Shown: positions 51,512 to 63,819, counted from the first letter of the whole stretch. The stretch is 63,819 bases of DNA, filler included, from Lama guanicoe (GCA_013239625.1; 148 parts of 148 records of this genome joined end to end with filler, not necessarily neighbours in it); one strand, 5' to 3'. Notes: generated by a model from the letters alone, not told the origin. Translations and numbers: made by a program.

Positions 51512-53096
51512 CTAATGCTTTAGCAGCCTATGTAAGAAAACAAAAAGCTACGCCTATAATACCTCAAAGATAAGAAATCAAACCCTAAGGACAGGTGATT
51601 ATAAACAGCTAACGAGCCTTTCCCAAACAAGGCAAACGCTTACGCTATAGCTACTCAGATCATTTCCCTGCTTTGCTTCTGGCTTTTCTCTATAAAANNN
51701 NNNNNNNNNNNNNNNNNNNNNNNNNNNNNNNNNNNNNNNNNTTAATTAATTAANNNNNNNNNNNNNNNNNNNNNNNNNNNNNNNNNNNNNNNNNNNNGTC
51801 CCAGGAACAACCCTGTCATTCCTGTTCTGTGCGGCCCTCCCTGCCCTCGCTGTCCCCCTAGAGTGGCTGTGGGCTGGGAGGGAGCCGCCCCCTGGGCAGA
51901 CATGCCTGGGACCCAGCCTTCTCTCACCCCTCCCATGTCACCCTGAGCAAGATGTGACCAAGACTCGGTCGTTAAGTCAAGTGCGGGAAGTAACTCTGCA
52001 GTGATGGGAATTCATGTGCTCATAGAATGGGCAAGGGGGGGGGTCTTTTGTGGAGGATGATGGAAATGTTATAGAATTGGGTTGTGGTGATGGTGGTTGC
52101 ACAGCTTTGCAAGGTTCCTTAAAAAAAAAANNNNNNNNNNNNNNNNNNNNNNNNNNNNNNNNNNNNNNNNNNNNTTAATTAATTAANNNNNNNNNNNNNN
52201 NNNNNNNNNNNNNNNNNNNNNNNNNNNNNNGCACGTTGTTGTTGAACCAAAATCTGTATGTGATTCCCCTTCCTCCATTAAATCTCCTTAAGATGCTTCT
52301 CTATTCATTGTGAAAATAAAATTACTTGTTAAATGTAGAAACTAAGTTCTCTGGGCTTGATCTTCTGATCATCTAGCTAGATTAAAAATTTTGCATTGTT
52401 CAGTGAACAAAACTTTGGCTCAAAACAAGACTGCTTTCTCTTCTTTAATATCTTGTGACATGGAAGATTGAAATTTAAGCTCATAGTTCTTGACCTGAGA
52501 TGATCATAAAACTGAATCGAAGTTCCAGTAGAAAGAAGTCACTGAAGAGCTTTAAAGTCTTTGNNNNNNNNNNNNNNNNNNNNNNNNNNNNNNNNNNNNN
52601 NNNNNNNTTAATTAATTAANNNNNNNNNNNNNNNNNNNNNNNNNNNNNNNNNNNNNNNNNNNNGTATTGGGCCTTATTAATCAGATTCTATTTGAAAACA
52701 ACAAAAAAATGGAGAAATCTTAGTGATATAAGTGTATATTTATTTTTATAGGATCTACAAATGATAAATATTATCATCAAAGGTAAACCTAGAAAATACA
52801 TAATAACCTAAGATTCAAACTGGATGAAGTTTTTAAACTTGAACACATTGGTGCCTGTGCCCTTGCTCCCATTTCTAAAGAGTGGAAGATACTCTAAAGT
52901 CCCTCCATTTCAAAAAGAATGATGCTCATCAATGTATAGCCTTTTATTAAGTCAACAGTCGTTTGTCTAGGCAATTCAGCAGCTCTCTTCCCTCGCNNNN
53001 NNNNNNNNNNNNNNNNNNNNNNNNNNNNNNNNNNNNNNNNTTAATTAATTAANNNNNNNNNNNNNNNNNNNNNNNNNNNNNNNNNNNNNNNNNNNN

Positions 53097-53429
53097 GTAC
53101 CCAGAGAAGAGGAGAGGCCCAAGGACTGAGCCCTGGGCTCCAACATGCCGAGAGGCTGGGGCAATGCGGAGGAACCAGCAAAAGATCTAAGAGGTGGGAG
53201 AGAAAATAGGAGGCTGTGGAGTGCAGGAAGCCAGGTGAAGAGAGGGAGGGATCACACCATGAGAATAACACCTGGGCGCCGTAGGATGGAGCGTGGGAAC
53301 GCTGAGCACAGTGGTGGTGCTGCGGGCTACAGTCGTGCTGCAGAGGCTGCCCTGGACAGGGAGGGAGGCACAGAAGAGAACCAAGAGACTAAACCACATG
53401 AAGTGGGAGAGGAAGGAGCAGGTTGCCTC
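53097..53429 (-). mobile_element. L2 LINE fragment
   Basis: agagaaggagaggcccaaggactgagccctgggctccaaca...gaggaaccagcaaaaga...gaagccaggtgaaga typical antisense L2. Confidence 0.8.
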
Positions 53430-53529
53430 NNNNNNNNNNNNNNNNNNNNNNNNNNNNNNNNNNNNNNNNNNNNTTAATTAATTAANNNNNNNNNNNNNNN
53501 NNNNNNNNNNNNNNNNNNNNNNNNNNNNN

Positions 53530-53862
53530 CTGATGAGCATTCGGAGTATTTCCAGTTTGGGGATGTTACAGACTGTTGCACGTGTCCTCTGGTACACACA
53601 TGGATACGCTTCTTTCCAGCATTTACCTAGAAGGGAAACTGCTATCGTAGGATTTACATATATTCAGCATTAGCAGAGACCATGGGCCAGTTTGCCAAAG
53701 TGGGTGTAACAAGTTAATACTCCCACCAGCAGTGTGTGAGAGTTCCCGTTGCTTCACATCCTTTCTAGCACTTGATATTGTGAGTCTTTTTAATTTTAGC
53801 CATTCTGGTGGGGGTGTCGTGGTCCCTCTTTGTGACTTTAATTAGGATTTTCCTGATAATGG
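53530..53862 (-). mobile_element. Old L1 3' region
   Basis: tttccagtttgggg...actcccaccagcagtgtgtgagagttcccgttgcttcacatcct...ttttagccattctggtgggg. Confidence 0.88.
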
Positions 53863-56127
53863 NNNNNNNNNNNNNNNNNNNNNNNNNNNNNNNNNNNNNN
53901 NNNNNNTTAATTAATTAANNNNNNNNNNNNNNNNNNNNNNNNNNNNNNNNNNNNNNNNNNNNCTACATTTGTGGTGGTAGGTAGAGTAATACACACGCTA
54001 ATAGATTGTTCCAGTTTTACCACTGTACACAGGGACACAAATACACACATCACTCCGTGTAAACACAAGATGGCGCCTTGCCCCTCACAAGACAACCCAG
54101 GCCCAATTCCTGCAAACGTTTACTCTCTTAGAATCTGCCACAGAAAATGCGCTCATGAAGAATGAATCTTTCATTTCGTCCAGGAGCTGCTTATAAAGAA
54201 AAACATACCATGTAGTACTACACATATGCAGGTAAACATTGTTTACTAGAACAAAATTAGTCATTTTGAAGGTCAAGAATGATTGAAACTTTTTTNNNNN
54301 NNNNNNNNNNNNNNNNNNNNNNNNNNNNNNNNNNNNNNNTTAATTAATTAANNNNNNNNNNNNNNNNNNNNNNNNNNNNNNNNNNNNNNNNNNNNTTGCA
54401 GGGCACAAGCACAGAGCTTGTGCAAGGATAGGGTCTTGGGTTTCTAGCGGCCCCTCCCGAGACTGACGGGGCCACGTCCTGCTATTGCTGAGGGCGGTGG
54501 GATTCCCTCACCAGAGCTTGGCTTTGGTCCTGCCGACATCTCTGAGCTCTGTACCCACGGTGGCAGGTGCTGGGAACCACACAGACCTAGCCGTGGTCTG
54601 CAGGAAGCCTCTGTGCTCATGGGCAAGGCAAGAGGGGCCTGAGAGACAAGGGCCAGGATGGCAGGATGGGGGCTGTGGAAAATAAAGAATGAGAGCTGGA
54701 CTTATCCATCTAAGGGGCCTCTGACCCANNNNNNNNNNNNNNNNNNNNNNNNNNNNNNNNNNNNNNNNNNNNTTAATTAATTAANNNNNNNNNNNNNNNN
54801 NNNNNNNNNNNNNNNNNNNNNNNNNNNNATTGTTTGTGGACTTTTTAATGATGGCCATTCTGACCTGTGTGAGGTGATATACCTCATCGTAGTTTTGGTT
54901 TACATTTCTCTGATAATTAGTGATGTTCAGCATCTTTTCATGTGCCTTTTGCCCATCTGTATGTTTCCAGTCATCTTAAATTTCATCAAATATTGGGAAA
55001 AGTGAATATATAAATTTGGGTCCATTATGTTCACTGAGGCCCTGAAACCTGTATGTGGAAGAGTAGGGTAGATGTTTGTTGACTTACAATAAATAATGCA
55101 CAGAGGAAGGAAGGTGCTTAAATTTACTCACAGGAACTTACTTCCAGTTGAATAGCATATANNNNNNNNNNNNNNNNNNNNNNNNNNNNNNNNNNNNNNN
55201 NNNNNTTAATTAATTAANNNNNNNNNNNNNNNNNNNNNNNNNNNNNNNNNNNNNNNNNNNNGGGGGGGAAGCAGGATGGTGATCCCACTGAGGGAAAGGG
55301 GCATGGGAGCTCTGGAAGGGGTCATGGGTTCCTGGTGATGGGGAGGGGGAACGGCAGCGACGAATGGGAACCGCCGGACCCCAAAGGAGGAGAGGTTTGG
55401 AGGGAACTGGAAGATGGCCTCCAGGGGAAATGGAGGATGTGCCAATGTGGACAAGCAGAGCCCACACCAAACCCAGAGCCAGGCACTCTGCAGGCCTGAC
55501 TGCAGGGATGGGAGCAGAGGCTCCCCGGACTCCCCACAGGGAGAAGGCCCACCACAGGATGCCAGAGGGACTGTTCTGGAAAAGGCTCTGACAANNNNNN
55601 NNNNNNNNNNNNNNNNNNNNNNNNNNNNNNNNNNNNNNTTAATTAATTAANNNNNNNNNNNNNNNNNNNNNNNNNNNNNNNNNNNNNNNNNNNNCCCCCC
55701 CCCCACTACAGGAATGGTGGTCTTGCTTAAAGAGGTGAATTTACAATGTAGAGCGGAGTAGGTGGCCCCAGTGTTCACTAGGAAACCCACTAATTGAGGC
55801 CCCACTTTAGTTGTCCTCAGGGCTCCTGAGAAGCTCTCATTACTGGGTTCTCTAAGACTGCCAGGAACCCTGGGCCCCCTTTAGTCACCGTCATCATTCA
55901 TTTTATCTCGCTGGGTCTTCATGACCCCTGGGGAAGGCTTGTCCCTGGGCATTTTTGTCCTTTATTAAACATTTTCAAAAAGGCCTGAACAAATAGGTAA
56001 TTTCTTTTTATTTACCACTTTTTTTTTNNNNNNNNNNNNNNNNNNNNNNNNNNNNNNNNNNNNNNNNNNNNTTAATTAATTAANNNNNNNNNNNNNNNNN
56101 NNNNNNNNNNNNNNNNNNNNNNNNNNN

Positions 56128-56295
56128 ATTAAAAAAGTAAAAAGAACAATATATTTTAACAACATATCTAAAACATTACTATTTCAACATAGAAATATAA
56201 AATTATTAAGACACTTAACATTCGTTTTTCATACTAGTTTTTTGAAGTCAGGTGTATATTTCACACTTAATGGGCATCTCAATTCAGACCTACCT
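56128..56295. mobile_element. MER33/MER3-type hAT-Charlie fragment
   Basis: attaaaaaagtaaaaagaac...tttcatactag...ggtgtatatttcacactta...catctcaattcagac. Confidence 0.75.
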
Positions 56296-57426
56296 TTGGA
56301 CTACAATGCAGATGACCACACTCCGAGCCATCAATGGGCACACAGGCCACTGTACTGGTCAGAACAGCTCTGTAGGTCATATGTAGATGCAGGGGACAGT
56401 TCCCGCTGCTTAGCACTTAACCCCTGTTAGTGGCCCACCCTCAGCCCCTGTTGTTTGGAANNNNNNNNNNNNNNNNNNNNNNNNNNNNNNNNNNNNNNNN
56501 NNNNTTAATTAATTAANNNNNNNNNNNNNNNNNNNNNNNNNNNNNNNNNNNNNNNNNNNNGTGTATCTGTTAATCCCAAACTCCTAATCTGTCTCTCCCT
56601 CAATACCCTTCTTAATGTCAAATCTCCCACTTATGTCGGTTTGGTTCACACAGGGCTAGACAAAGCCCTCAGCACAAGTGAGAGACTGAATGCACAGGCA
56701 GACCACGTATGACAACAGGGCCCCGACCCACAGGAGAAGCCCGGAGGACGAACCACGTCCTCTGCACCCGCGGCCCGAGAGGTCAAGACTTGGTCAGTGA
56801 TCGCCTACTTCTCCATTTTTGCCCCCCATGCCCATCCCAGCCCAGGTCCAGCCAGACAAAGCCGCGTACACTCTCGAACCACTCTCCGAGTCCNNNNNNN
56901 NNNNNNNNNNNNNNNNNNNNNNNNNNNNNNNNNNNNNTTAATTAATTAANNNNNNNNNNNNNNNNNNNNNNNNNNNNNNNNNNNNNNNNNNNNTTTTGTT
57001 TTGTTTTGTTTGTCATTGTTTTTTGGATGTTTTTAGTAGCCAGGGCACAAATGTTATTAGAATTTGTAAACTAAAATGAAATATTGAGTTATACTATGAG
57101 GGAAGATGGTAACTAATACAGATTTTTATGAACTCCAAAGACATAGCAATCCCTATGAACAAAGACTTCAGCAGTGCTATTCTGAGCTAGTTTAAAATTC
57201 TTAAATATATTTTCAAAGGTAATGCCTAATGAAAAATATTGAGCTAGTTGCCAATATTTCTTGTAGACATGGATTCTTTTATGCAAAATTATCATTTACT
57301 TTGTAAAGCTTTTTGGCTCTTTGCATNNNNNNNNNNNNNNNNNNNNNNNNNNNNNNNNNNNNNNNNNNNNTTAATTAATTAANNNNNNNNNNNNNNNNNN
57401 NNNNNNNNNNNNNNNNNNNNNNNNNN

Positions 57427-57759
57427 ACTGAGTATTATACTGGCTGTGGGTTTGTCATAAATAACTTCTATTATGTTAGATATGTTCCCTTTATACTCAA
57501 TTTGATAAGAGGTTTTATCATAACTGAGTGTTCAATTTTATCATGTATTTTTTTCTGCATCTATTGAAATGATCTTGTGACTTTCGCCCTTTCTTTTGTG
57601 GATGTGGTACATTACATTGGTTGATTAGCATATGTTGAACCACTCTTGTGGCCCTGGGATGAACCCAACTTGATCATGGTGTATAAGATTTTCGTGTGTT
57701 ATTGGATTCTGTTTGCTCATATTTTGTTGAGGATTTTTGCATCTATGTTCATCAGTGAT
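57427..57759 (-). mobile_element. L1 ORF2 RT-domain fragment
   Basis: ggctgtgggtttgtcata...ttttctgcatctattgaaatgatc...gggatgaacccaacttgatcatggtg. Confidence 0.93.
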
Positions 57760-58292
57760 NNNNNNNNNNNNNNNNNNNNNNNNNNNNNNNNNNNNNNNNN
57801 NNNTTAATTAATTAANNNNNNNNNNNNNNNNNNNNNNNNNNNNNNNNNNNNNNNNNNNNAAAAATGGGAACCCAAGTACGTGCTGAGTTGGGAGTTTCTT
57901 AAAATGTTTCCATATCACCAGAGTTACTCAGATTTCACATGTGGGTGGTGGGTGTCGGGGGCAATCCGAATCTTTACCCATGGTCAACATCCTCTCTTTC
58001 CAAAAACTCTGGCCTAAATAAAACCACAGAAAGAATGTTGAAGGCAAAAGGCATTTGAAGAGCTTGAAATGGTAGGCATCGTACAATGAATGATAGCTTA
58101 GAAAGAAAATATTTATATCATTTATGTTAAAACTTAAACTATAAATCAGATATCAAGTTAAATAGTGATGCTTTAGTTACTAAGAAAAAAAANNNNNNNN
58201 NNNNNNNNNNNNNNNNNNNNNNNNNNNNNNNNNNNNTTAATTAATTAANNNNNNNNNNNNNNNNNNNNNNNNNNNNNNNNNNNNNNNNNNNN

Positions 58293-58625
58293 AAACACAA
58301 AGTTTCTTTTCAGCGGGAAATTACACTACATACATATATATGCAGTGGTACTAGTTCCAACTATGTTTTACATTGAAAACTGCATGAACTTCTAACAGGC
58401 TCAAGGAAACATACTGGAAATGCAGAGTAAGTGTTTCTACTCCGAACCATTCCCTTTAATCTAGAAGAACGAACGTCTCTCAACATGCTCAAAGCTGAAA
58501 ATTAAGTGTGTGTGAAACCCATCAGTAACCTATCTTGCTGGGAAAACACAAGTTTTTTTCAGTGGGAAATTACACTACATACTTATATATGGGTAGGAAG
58601 TAGCTATAAATCTGTTTACAGTGAA
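58293..58625. repeat. Satellite-like tandem repeat, ~249-bp monomer (~1.3 copies)
   Basis: gggaaattacactacatac at 58315 and 58564 (offset 249), with similar flanks. Confidence 0.85.
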
Positions 58626-58725
58626 NNNNNNNNNNNNNNNNNNNNNNNNNNNNNNNNNNNNNNNNNNNNTTAATTAATTAANNNNNNNNNNNNNNNNNNN
58701 NNNNNNNNNNNNNNNNNNNNNNNNN

Positions 58726-58775
58726 ACAATATTGTAAAATGATTATAAATCAATAAAAAATGTTAAAAAAAAGAT
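58726..58775 (+). mobile_element. Young L1 3' terminus inserted into an L2 fragment (58776-58950)
   Basis: Identical to 26311-26354; downstream agagcaatggaacagaaactggactgcagtagattgggggagtga is L2-like. Confidence 0.8.
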
Positions 58776-60044
58776 TAAGAAGCATTATTGGACTTAACAT
58801 CAAGTAGGCTATTCACGGCCTTGATTAGAGCAATGGAACAGAAACTGGACTGCAGTAGATTGGGGGAGTGAGTAGATGAAGCAGAGACAGAAGTGTAGAC
58901 AACACTTCCAAAGAGGGAGCTGCCTGGGATGGGAGAAAGAGGATTTAAAAGGCTGTGTTCTAAACATGCTGACACCAGTCCTCTGCTCAGGGGGTGGATC
59001 TGTGACCCCAGCTAAAGATGTGTCTTGAGTATGTTAAAATGCTGGTGAAAAACAANNNNNNNNNNNNNNNNNNNNNNNNNNNNNNNNNNNNNNNNNNNNT
59101 TAATTAATTAANNNNNNNNNNNNNNNNNNNNNNNNNNNNNNNNNNNNNNNNNNNNAAGGAGAAGAATGAGGAAGCTACAGCAATCAGCAGTGCAGCTTTG
59201 AGATCCACTGAAAGGCCTTATGAAGACCCCCTACCTTCAAGTTGGGCATTTCTCCCTTAATTAGGCCATTATTCTGCTCTTAAGGAGGAACTACTTCATA
59301 AATATATTGTTCCGTGTAGCTCCTGGTTCCAGTGGTCTTGTGTTTCTTCACCACTGGCTTCAACTGAAGTGGGTAACAGGAGGAGGGGGCGCCCATCTTT
59401 GAGAATGCACTCTTTTCTTCACCTGCTTTCTGCCTGCAGGTAGGTGGTTCTGAAGCTGCCAGACAAGTCTCTAGCCTTTTTTTTTTTTNNNNNNNNNNNN
59501 NNNNNNNNNNNNNNNNNNNNNNNNNNNNNNNNTTAATTAATTAANNNNNNNNNNNNNNNNNNNNNNNNNNNNNNNNNNNNNNNNNNNNCCCCCCCCGCCC
59601 CCTCTTCACCTTGGTTCTGGGACCTGAGTTACTCCACCCCTCCCTGGCTGCTCCTTTCCAAACTCCTTCTCAGACCATTTCTGGGCAGCCCAGGGTTTAT
59701 TTCCACTGGGTCCCTCTTTGGGGATCTTCCTTGTGCCCTAAATCCTGGCACATGGCCATCCCAAGTGACTGACTCTGTGTACTCTGATCGCCTCCACAGC
59801 TGGATGGCCAGCCCAGTCTCCCGCACACACAGTCCCCTGGAATCTGGAAGGTATGTCACAAAAACACCTGAAACTCAGCTTCGACGCTGAGTTCACCTGC
59901 TTCACCTGACTTCCTTCTACCNNNNNNNNNNNNNNNNNNNNNNNNNNNNNNNNNNNNNNNNNNNNTTAATTAATTAANNNNNNNNNNNNNNNNNNNNNNN
60001 NNNNNNNNNNNNNNNNNNNNNAGTTAACACTGCCATCCTTTCAT

Positions 60045-60354
60045 ATAATTAGCCTTTTTTGTGCACGGTAATAACATTTAAGATCTAATCTCTTAACAAC
60101 TTTCAAGCATACAATACAGAGTATTATTAATATTCACCACGCTGTACATTAGAACCCCAGAACTTACTCATTTCATAGCTGAAAGTTTGTAACTTTTGAC
60201 AAACATCTCTCCTTTTCTCCTACCCTCAGCAACTACAGTTATTCTACTCTTTATTTCAGTGAGTTCAGGTGTTTTTAGATTCCACATTCAAGTGAAAACA
60301 CAGTATTTATCTTTCTCTGACTAATTTCACTTAGCATAATGCCCTCAGTGTCCA
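60045..60354 (-). mobile_element. L1MA9-like 3' end
   Basis: acatttaagatcta...aactttcaagcatacaataca...ctgtacattagaaccccagaacttactcat...ttagattccacat. Confidence 0.88.
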
Positions 60355-60887
60355 NNNNNNNNNNNNNNNNNNNNNNNNNNNNNNNNNNNNNNNNNNNNTT
60401 AATTAATTAANNNNNNNNNNNNNNNNNNNNNNNNNNNNNNNNNNNNNNNNNNNNACTCTTCTCCTGCAAGAGCCTGTAGTTTATGAAAAGGAGAAATTAC
60501 GGGGAAGAGTTGTGGAAGGTACGTGAAAAGTAGCTGCGCTGAAAAACAGCTCGAAAAGGGAGCGGTCATTGCAAGAAAAATCCACGGCTTTCCTGTTGGG
60601 TGAGAGAGTGATTTATTTGTGGAAGGAAATCTCTCCCCAGAGGAGAGGGCAACTGGATATTGAATAATGAGACCAGTGGTCTCCAAGCAGACATTGTGAT
60701 ACTTTACGAGGAACAGTTACCACTAATTCACTGCTTCCACTGAAGACCGGATTAGAGTCCCAGCCTCAGTTTACAGAAGGGAGGGTTNNNNNNNNNNNNN
60801 NNNNNNNNNNNNNNNNNNNNNNNNNNNNNNNTTAATTAATTAANNNNNNNNNNNNNNNNNNNNNNNNNNNNNNNNNNNNNNNNNNNN

Positions 60888-61220
60888 AATTAAACTAAGA
60901 CTCCAGAGATAAGATCATCCTGGGTGGTCAGTGTTGGCCCTAAATCCAAAGACAACTGTCCTAATAACAGACACAGGGAGGAGAGACACAGACACAAGGG
61001 AGAAAGGCCCTGGAAAGATGGAGGCAGAGACTGGAGGGACGCTGCTGCAAGCCGAGGGGTGCTTGGGGCCTCTAGAAGGGATGCGTCAGGCTACTGGGAA
61101 ACCTCCCCTCCTGGTTTTAGAAGGAGCCCCATCCTGCTGACACCTGGATTTCAGGCTTCTGGTCTCCGGGACTAAGAGGGAGGAGATTTCTGTTGTTTTA
61201 AGCTACTCAATTGGTGGTAA
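60888..61220 (+). mobile_element. MLT1-family MaLR LTR
   Basis: gagataagatcatcctgg...ggccctaaatccaa...gaagatggaggcagagactggag...ttctgttgttttaagc. Confidence 0.9.
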
Positions 61221-61321
61221 NNNNNNNNNNNNNNNNNNNNNNNNNNNNNNNNNNNNNNNNNNNNTTAATTAATTAANNNNNNNNNNNNNNNNNNNNNNNN
61301 NNNNNNNNNNNNNNNNNNNNG

Positions 61322-61652
61322 CAAACTTCTCCAACCTCAAAGAAAAGACCAAGTAAATCTCACAAAACTCTGTATTCATCTGCCAGGAAAAACCAGAAGC
61401 AGGCAAAAGAAGTTAGAACAGTCCCCAAAAAAAGTGTGGCCAAAAAGAAAATTCTAAAGAAACAAAAAAATAAACAATTAACTTCAGTCAAAATAAAGGG
61501 CAACTAAGAGGACAACAGCAACAAGATCAGCTCCTAAAGCCAGAAAGAAAAATCTAACTAAATCTAAAAAGGCAGCATCTGCATCTGCCAAGAAAAGGCT
61601 CAATCAGCCTAAAGAAGTTGCAACAAAAAGGAAAACCTCTATAGCCAAGAGA
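61322..61652 (+). pseudogene. Lys/Arg/Ala/Ser/Thr-rich, linker-histone-tail-like reading frame with one +1 frameshift near 61498-61500; gene not identified
   Basis: QTSPTSKKRPSKSHK...PKKSVAKKKILKKQK...KIK / ATKRTTATRSAPKARKKNLTKSKKAASASAKKR...KRKTSIAKR; about 40 K+R and 2 acidic residues in 110 codons. Confidence 0.55.
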
Positions 61653-62050
61653 ANNNNNNNNNNNNNNNNNNNNNNNNNNNNNNNNNNNNNNNNNNNNTTA
61701 ATTAATTAANNNNNNNNNNNNNNNNNNNNNNNNNNNNNNNNNNNNNNNNNNNNGGACTAAACCTCATACTTTTTATTAGTATTCTAAGTGTTTAGGCATG
61801 AAGATACATCCTCTGGCATTTAGTTACCTTTTGTATGTACAACAGATCAGGTGAAAGCCACTGAGTGTGTATGGTCTTCAGTGAAGGTAGTAAATGAACT
61901 CTGTCAAGCAGCATTTTTTGAGTGTCCAGTACCCTTCAGGCACCGTCCCGGATGCCTGGCACTTCATGCTCTGCTGTGTGTCTGTGAGTACCAGACGCTA
62001 GTCTAGTCACTTTATCACTTGTCTTTCACAACAGATTTAGAGGGTAGTTG

Positions 62051-62086
62051 TCACCATCATCATCATCACCATCACCATCTCCATCA
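62051..62086 (+). repeat. (CAT/CAC)n trinucleotide microsatellite at contig end
   Basis: tcaccatcatcatcatcaccatcaccatctccatca. Confidence 0.85.
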
Positions 62087-62186
62087 NNNNNNNNNNNNNN
62101 NNNNNNNNNNNNNNNNNNNNNNNNNNNNNNTTAATTAATTAANNNNNNNNNNNNNNNNNNNNNNNNNNNNNNNNNNNNNNNNNNNN

Positions 62187-62519
62187 GGATTATTTCTTTA
62201 TCCTTGACTCTGGCCATCTTAATTATATGTCTTGGTGTAGGTGTATTTGTGTTCTTCCTGTTTGGAACACGCTGAGATTCCTGTATTTGAGTATCTGATT
62301 CCTTCTTTATGTTTGGGAAGTTCTCACTCATGACTTCTTCATACAGCTTTGCAATCACCTTTGATTTTCCTCCCCTTCTTGGACTTCTATCATGCCAAGT
62401 TTGGCATGATTTATATTATCCCATAGGTCTCATGCTTTTGTCATTTGTTTCTCATTGTTTCTCTTGTAGTTATTCTGATTGTGTGCTTTCTATTGTCCTG
62501 TCTTCTAAGTCACTAATTC
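62187..62519 (-). mobile_element. L1 ORF1 fragment
   Basis: Minus ORF ...EEVMSENFPNIKKESDTQIQESQRVPNRKNTNTPTPRHIIKMARVKDKE matches L1 ORF1p motifs (ENFPN, QIQEAQR.P, TPRHII). Confidence 0.93.
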
Positions 62520-63486
62520 NNNNNNNNNNNNNNNNNNNNNNNNNNNNNNNNNNNNNNNNNNNNTTAATTAATTAANNNNNNNNNNNNNNNNNNNNNNNNN
62601 NNNNNNNNNNNNNNNNNNNTTTTATAGATGAGGTAACGGGCTCGGGGATAGAAAGAGCGTTCCCGCAAAGCGCGCGCGGATCACAGCGAGGCTGGAGCTG
62701 AAGTCCCACTTTTCAGAGCCTGCTCCCTGGCTGCATAGCCCGCCTGGCCCCTGACCCCACGACAAGTGTCTTCCCAGAAGTTTATGCGACTCTGTGTGTC
62801 CTCTGTGCACTCAGGCCTCGAGGACTTTTGTCACCGTCCTGAATCATTGGATTTTAACAAGACACGGTCTCCAAGAGGCTAAATTCTTCCCTCGCCCCCC
62901 CGCAACACCTTTTTTTTTTCTTTTTTCTTTCTTTCTTTCTTTTTTTTTTTTTNNNNNNNNNNNNNNNNNNNNNNNNNNNNNNNNNNNNNNNNNNNNTTAA
63001 TTAATTAANNNNNNNNNNNNNNNNNNNNNNNNNNNNNNNNNNNNNNNNNNNNAGGGGTGGCACCATCTAGACTTTTTTTATTTGGCACAGAACAAAGGAG
63101 GAGCCCAGCCCCCAATACACACCTACTGTATTCTGACCACCTTTTGAAAGTAACTGTGAATGAATTTTAGGAGTACAGTATTAATTTATTTCCAACACCA
63201 CCTCTGATTCTTTCATTAACTTTTTCTGCCATTTAAGATGAACACAGAAATACAAGAGGAACAGGCTCGTGCCTCTTCCACGACCATCTTTTCTAACCCA
63301 CCACCCATTTTCTACTTCCTTGCCCCTCTAGCTTGTTACCCTCCTGCAGAGATGCTAGCATGGCTCTCGTAAGTTTTCCCATCAATNNNNNNNNNNNNNN
63401 NNNNNNNNNNNNNNNNNNNNNNNNNNNNNNTTAATTAATTAANNNNNNNNNNNNNNNNNNNNNNNNNNNNNNNNNNNNNNNNNNNN

Positions 63487-63670
63487 CTCCTCTAATCACA
63501 TGGTTGGTGTCTCTGGCTGTCCAGTCCCCATCCTGTCATCTCATGAACACAAGCCATCCAAGTGTCCACCATGAATAAGAAAGAAACGTCTATCTTGGGA
63601 AATTTCAAGGCTTTAGGGATTGCCGTCCAGGAACTGTGACCAAAGACCTACCAAATTCTCTATTAAACAG
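63487..63670. mobile_element. MER21-like LTR terminal fragment
   Basis: ctctaatcacatggttgg...ggaaatttcaaggctttagg...ccaggaactgtgaccaaagacc. Confidence 0.6.
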
Positions 63671-63819
63671 GAGTAAATGTTAGATTTCACTTAAATTAAA
63701 AAATAAGAGACAGATTCTCACTGCTTTGCTGTATCTGCTGTTCGACACCCTTTCACTACACCACATGACTAATGTCGCACTCAGCATGTCTTCTCAGAGC
63801 AGCAGCGCCGGCTGCTCCC

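Noticed and set aside
55262..55594. Several overlapping ORFs on both strands
   Set aside because: Expected in GC- and purine-rich sequence; no recognisable protein.
62051..62086. Poly-His coding tract
   Set aside because: No surrounding ORF; simple microsatellite at a contig break.

Overview
This window is not a contiguous locus. It is an artificial concatenation of about 148 tiny unplaced contigs from a mammalian assembly. The contigs are sorted by length (331 bp to ~15.8 kb, 332 bp to ~41.7 kb, 333 bp to ~63.0 kb, then 334 bp) and joined by a 100-bp linker (44 N + TTAATTAATTAA + 44 N) that puts stop codons in all six frames. Adjacency between contigs means nothing biologically, and ORF tails reading ...XXXLIN/N are linker artefacts. 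Three Vic-1-type tRNA-derived SINEs suggest a camelid source (inference). Most contigs are ordinary intergenic or intronic DNA: L1, L2, MIR, MLT/MER21/ERV LTRs, hAT MITEs and microsatellites. Recognisable gene pieces are three olfactory receptor fragments (one frameshifted), a 169-bp ATP12A-type P-type ATPase exon with substitutions in conserved motifs, a diverged but open JMY-like 5' coding region, and an unidentified H1-tail-like basic reading frame with an internal repeat and one frameshift. Two contigs carry related, diverged ~244/249-bp satellite monomers on opposite strands. I see no multi-gene novel system, and the data cannot show one. Family and gene assignments come from remembered consensus or protein sequences, not from database searches.
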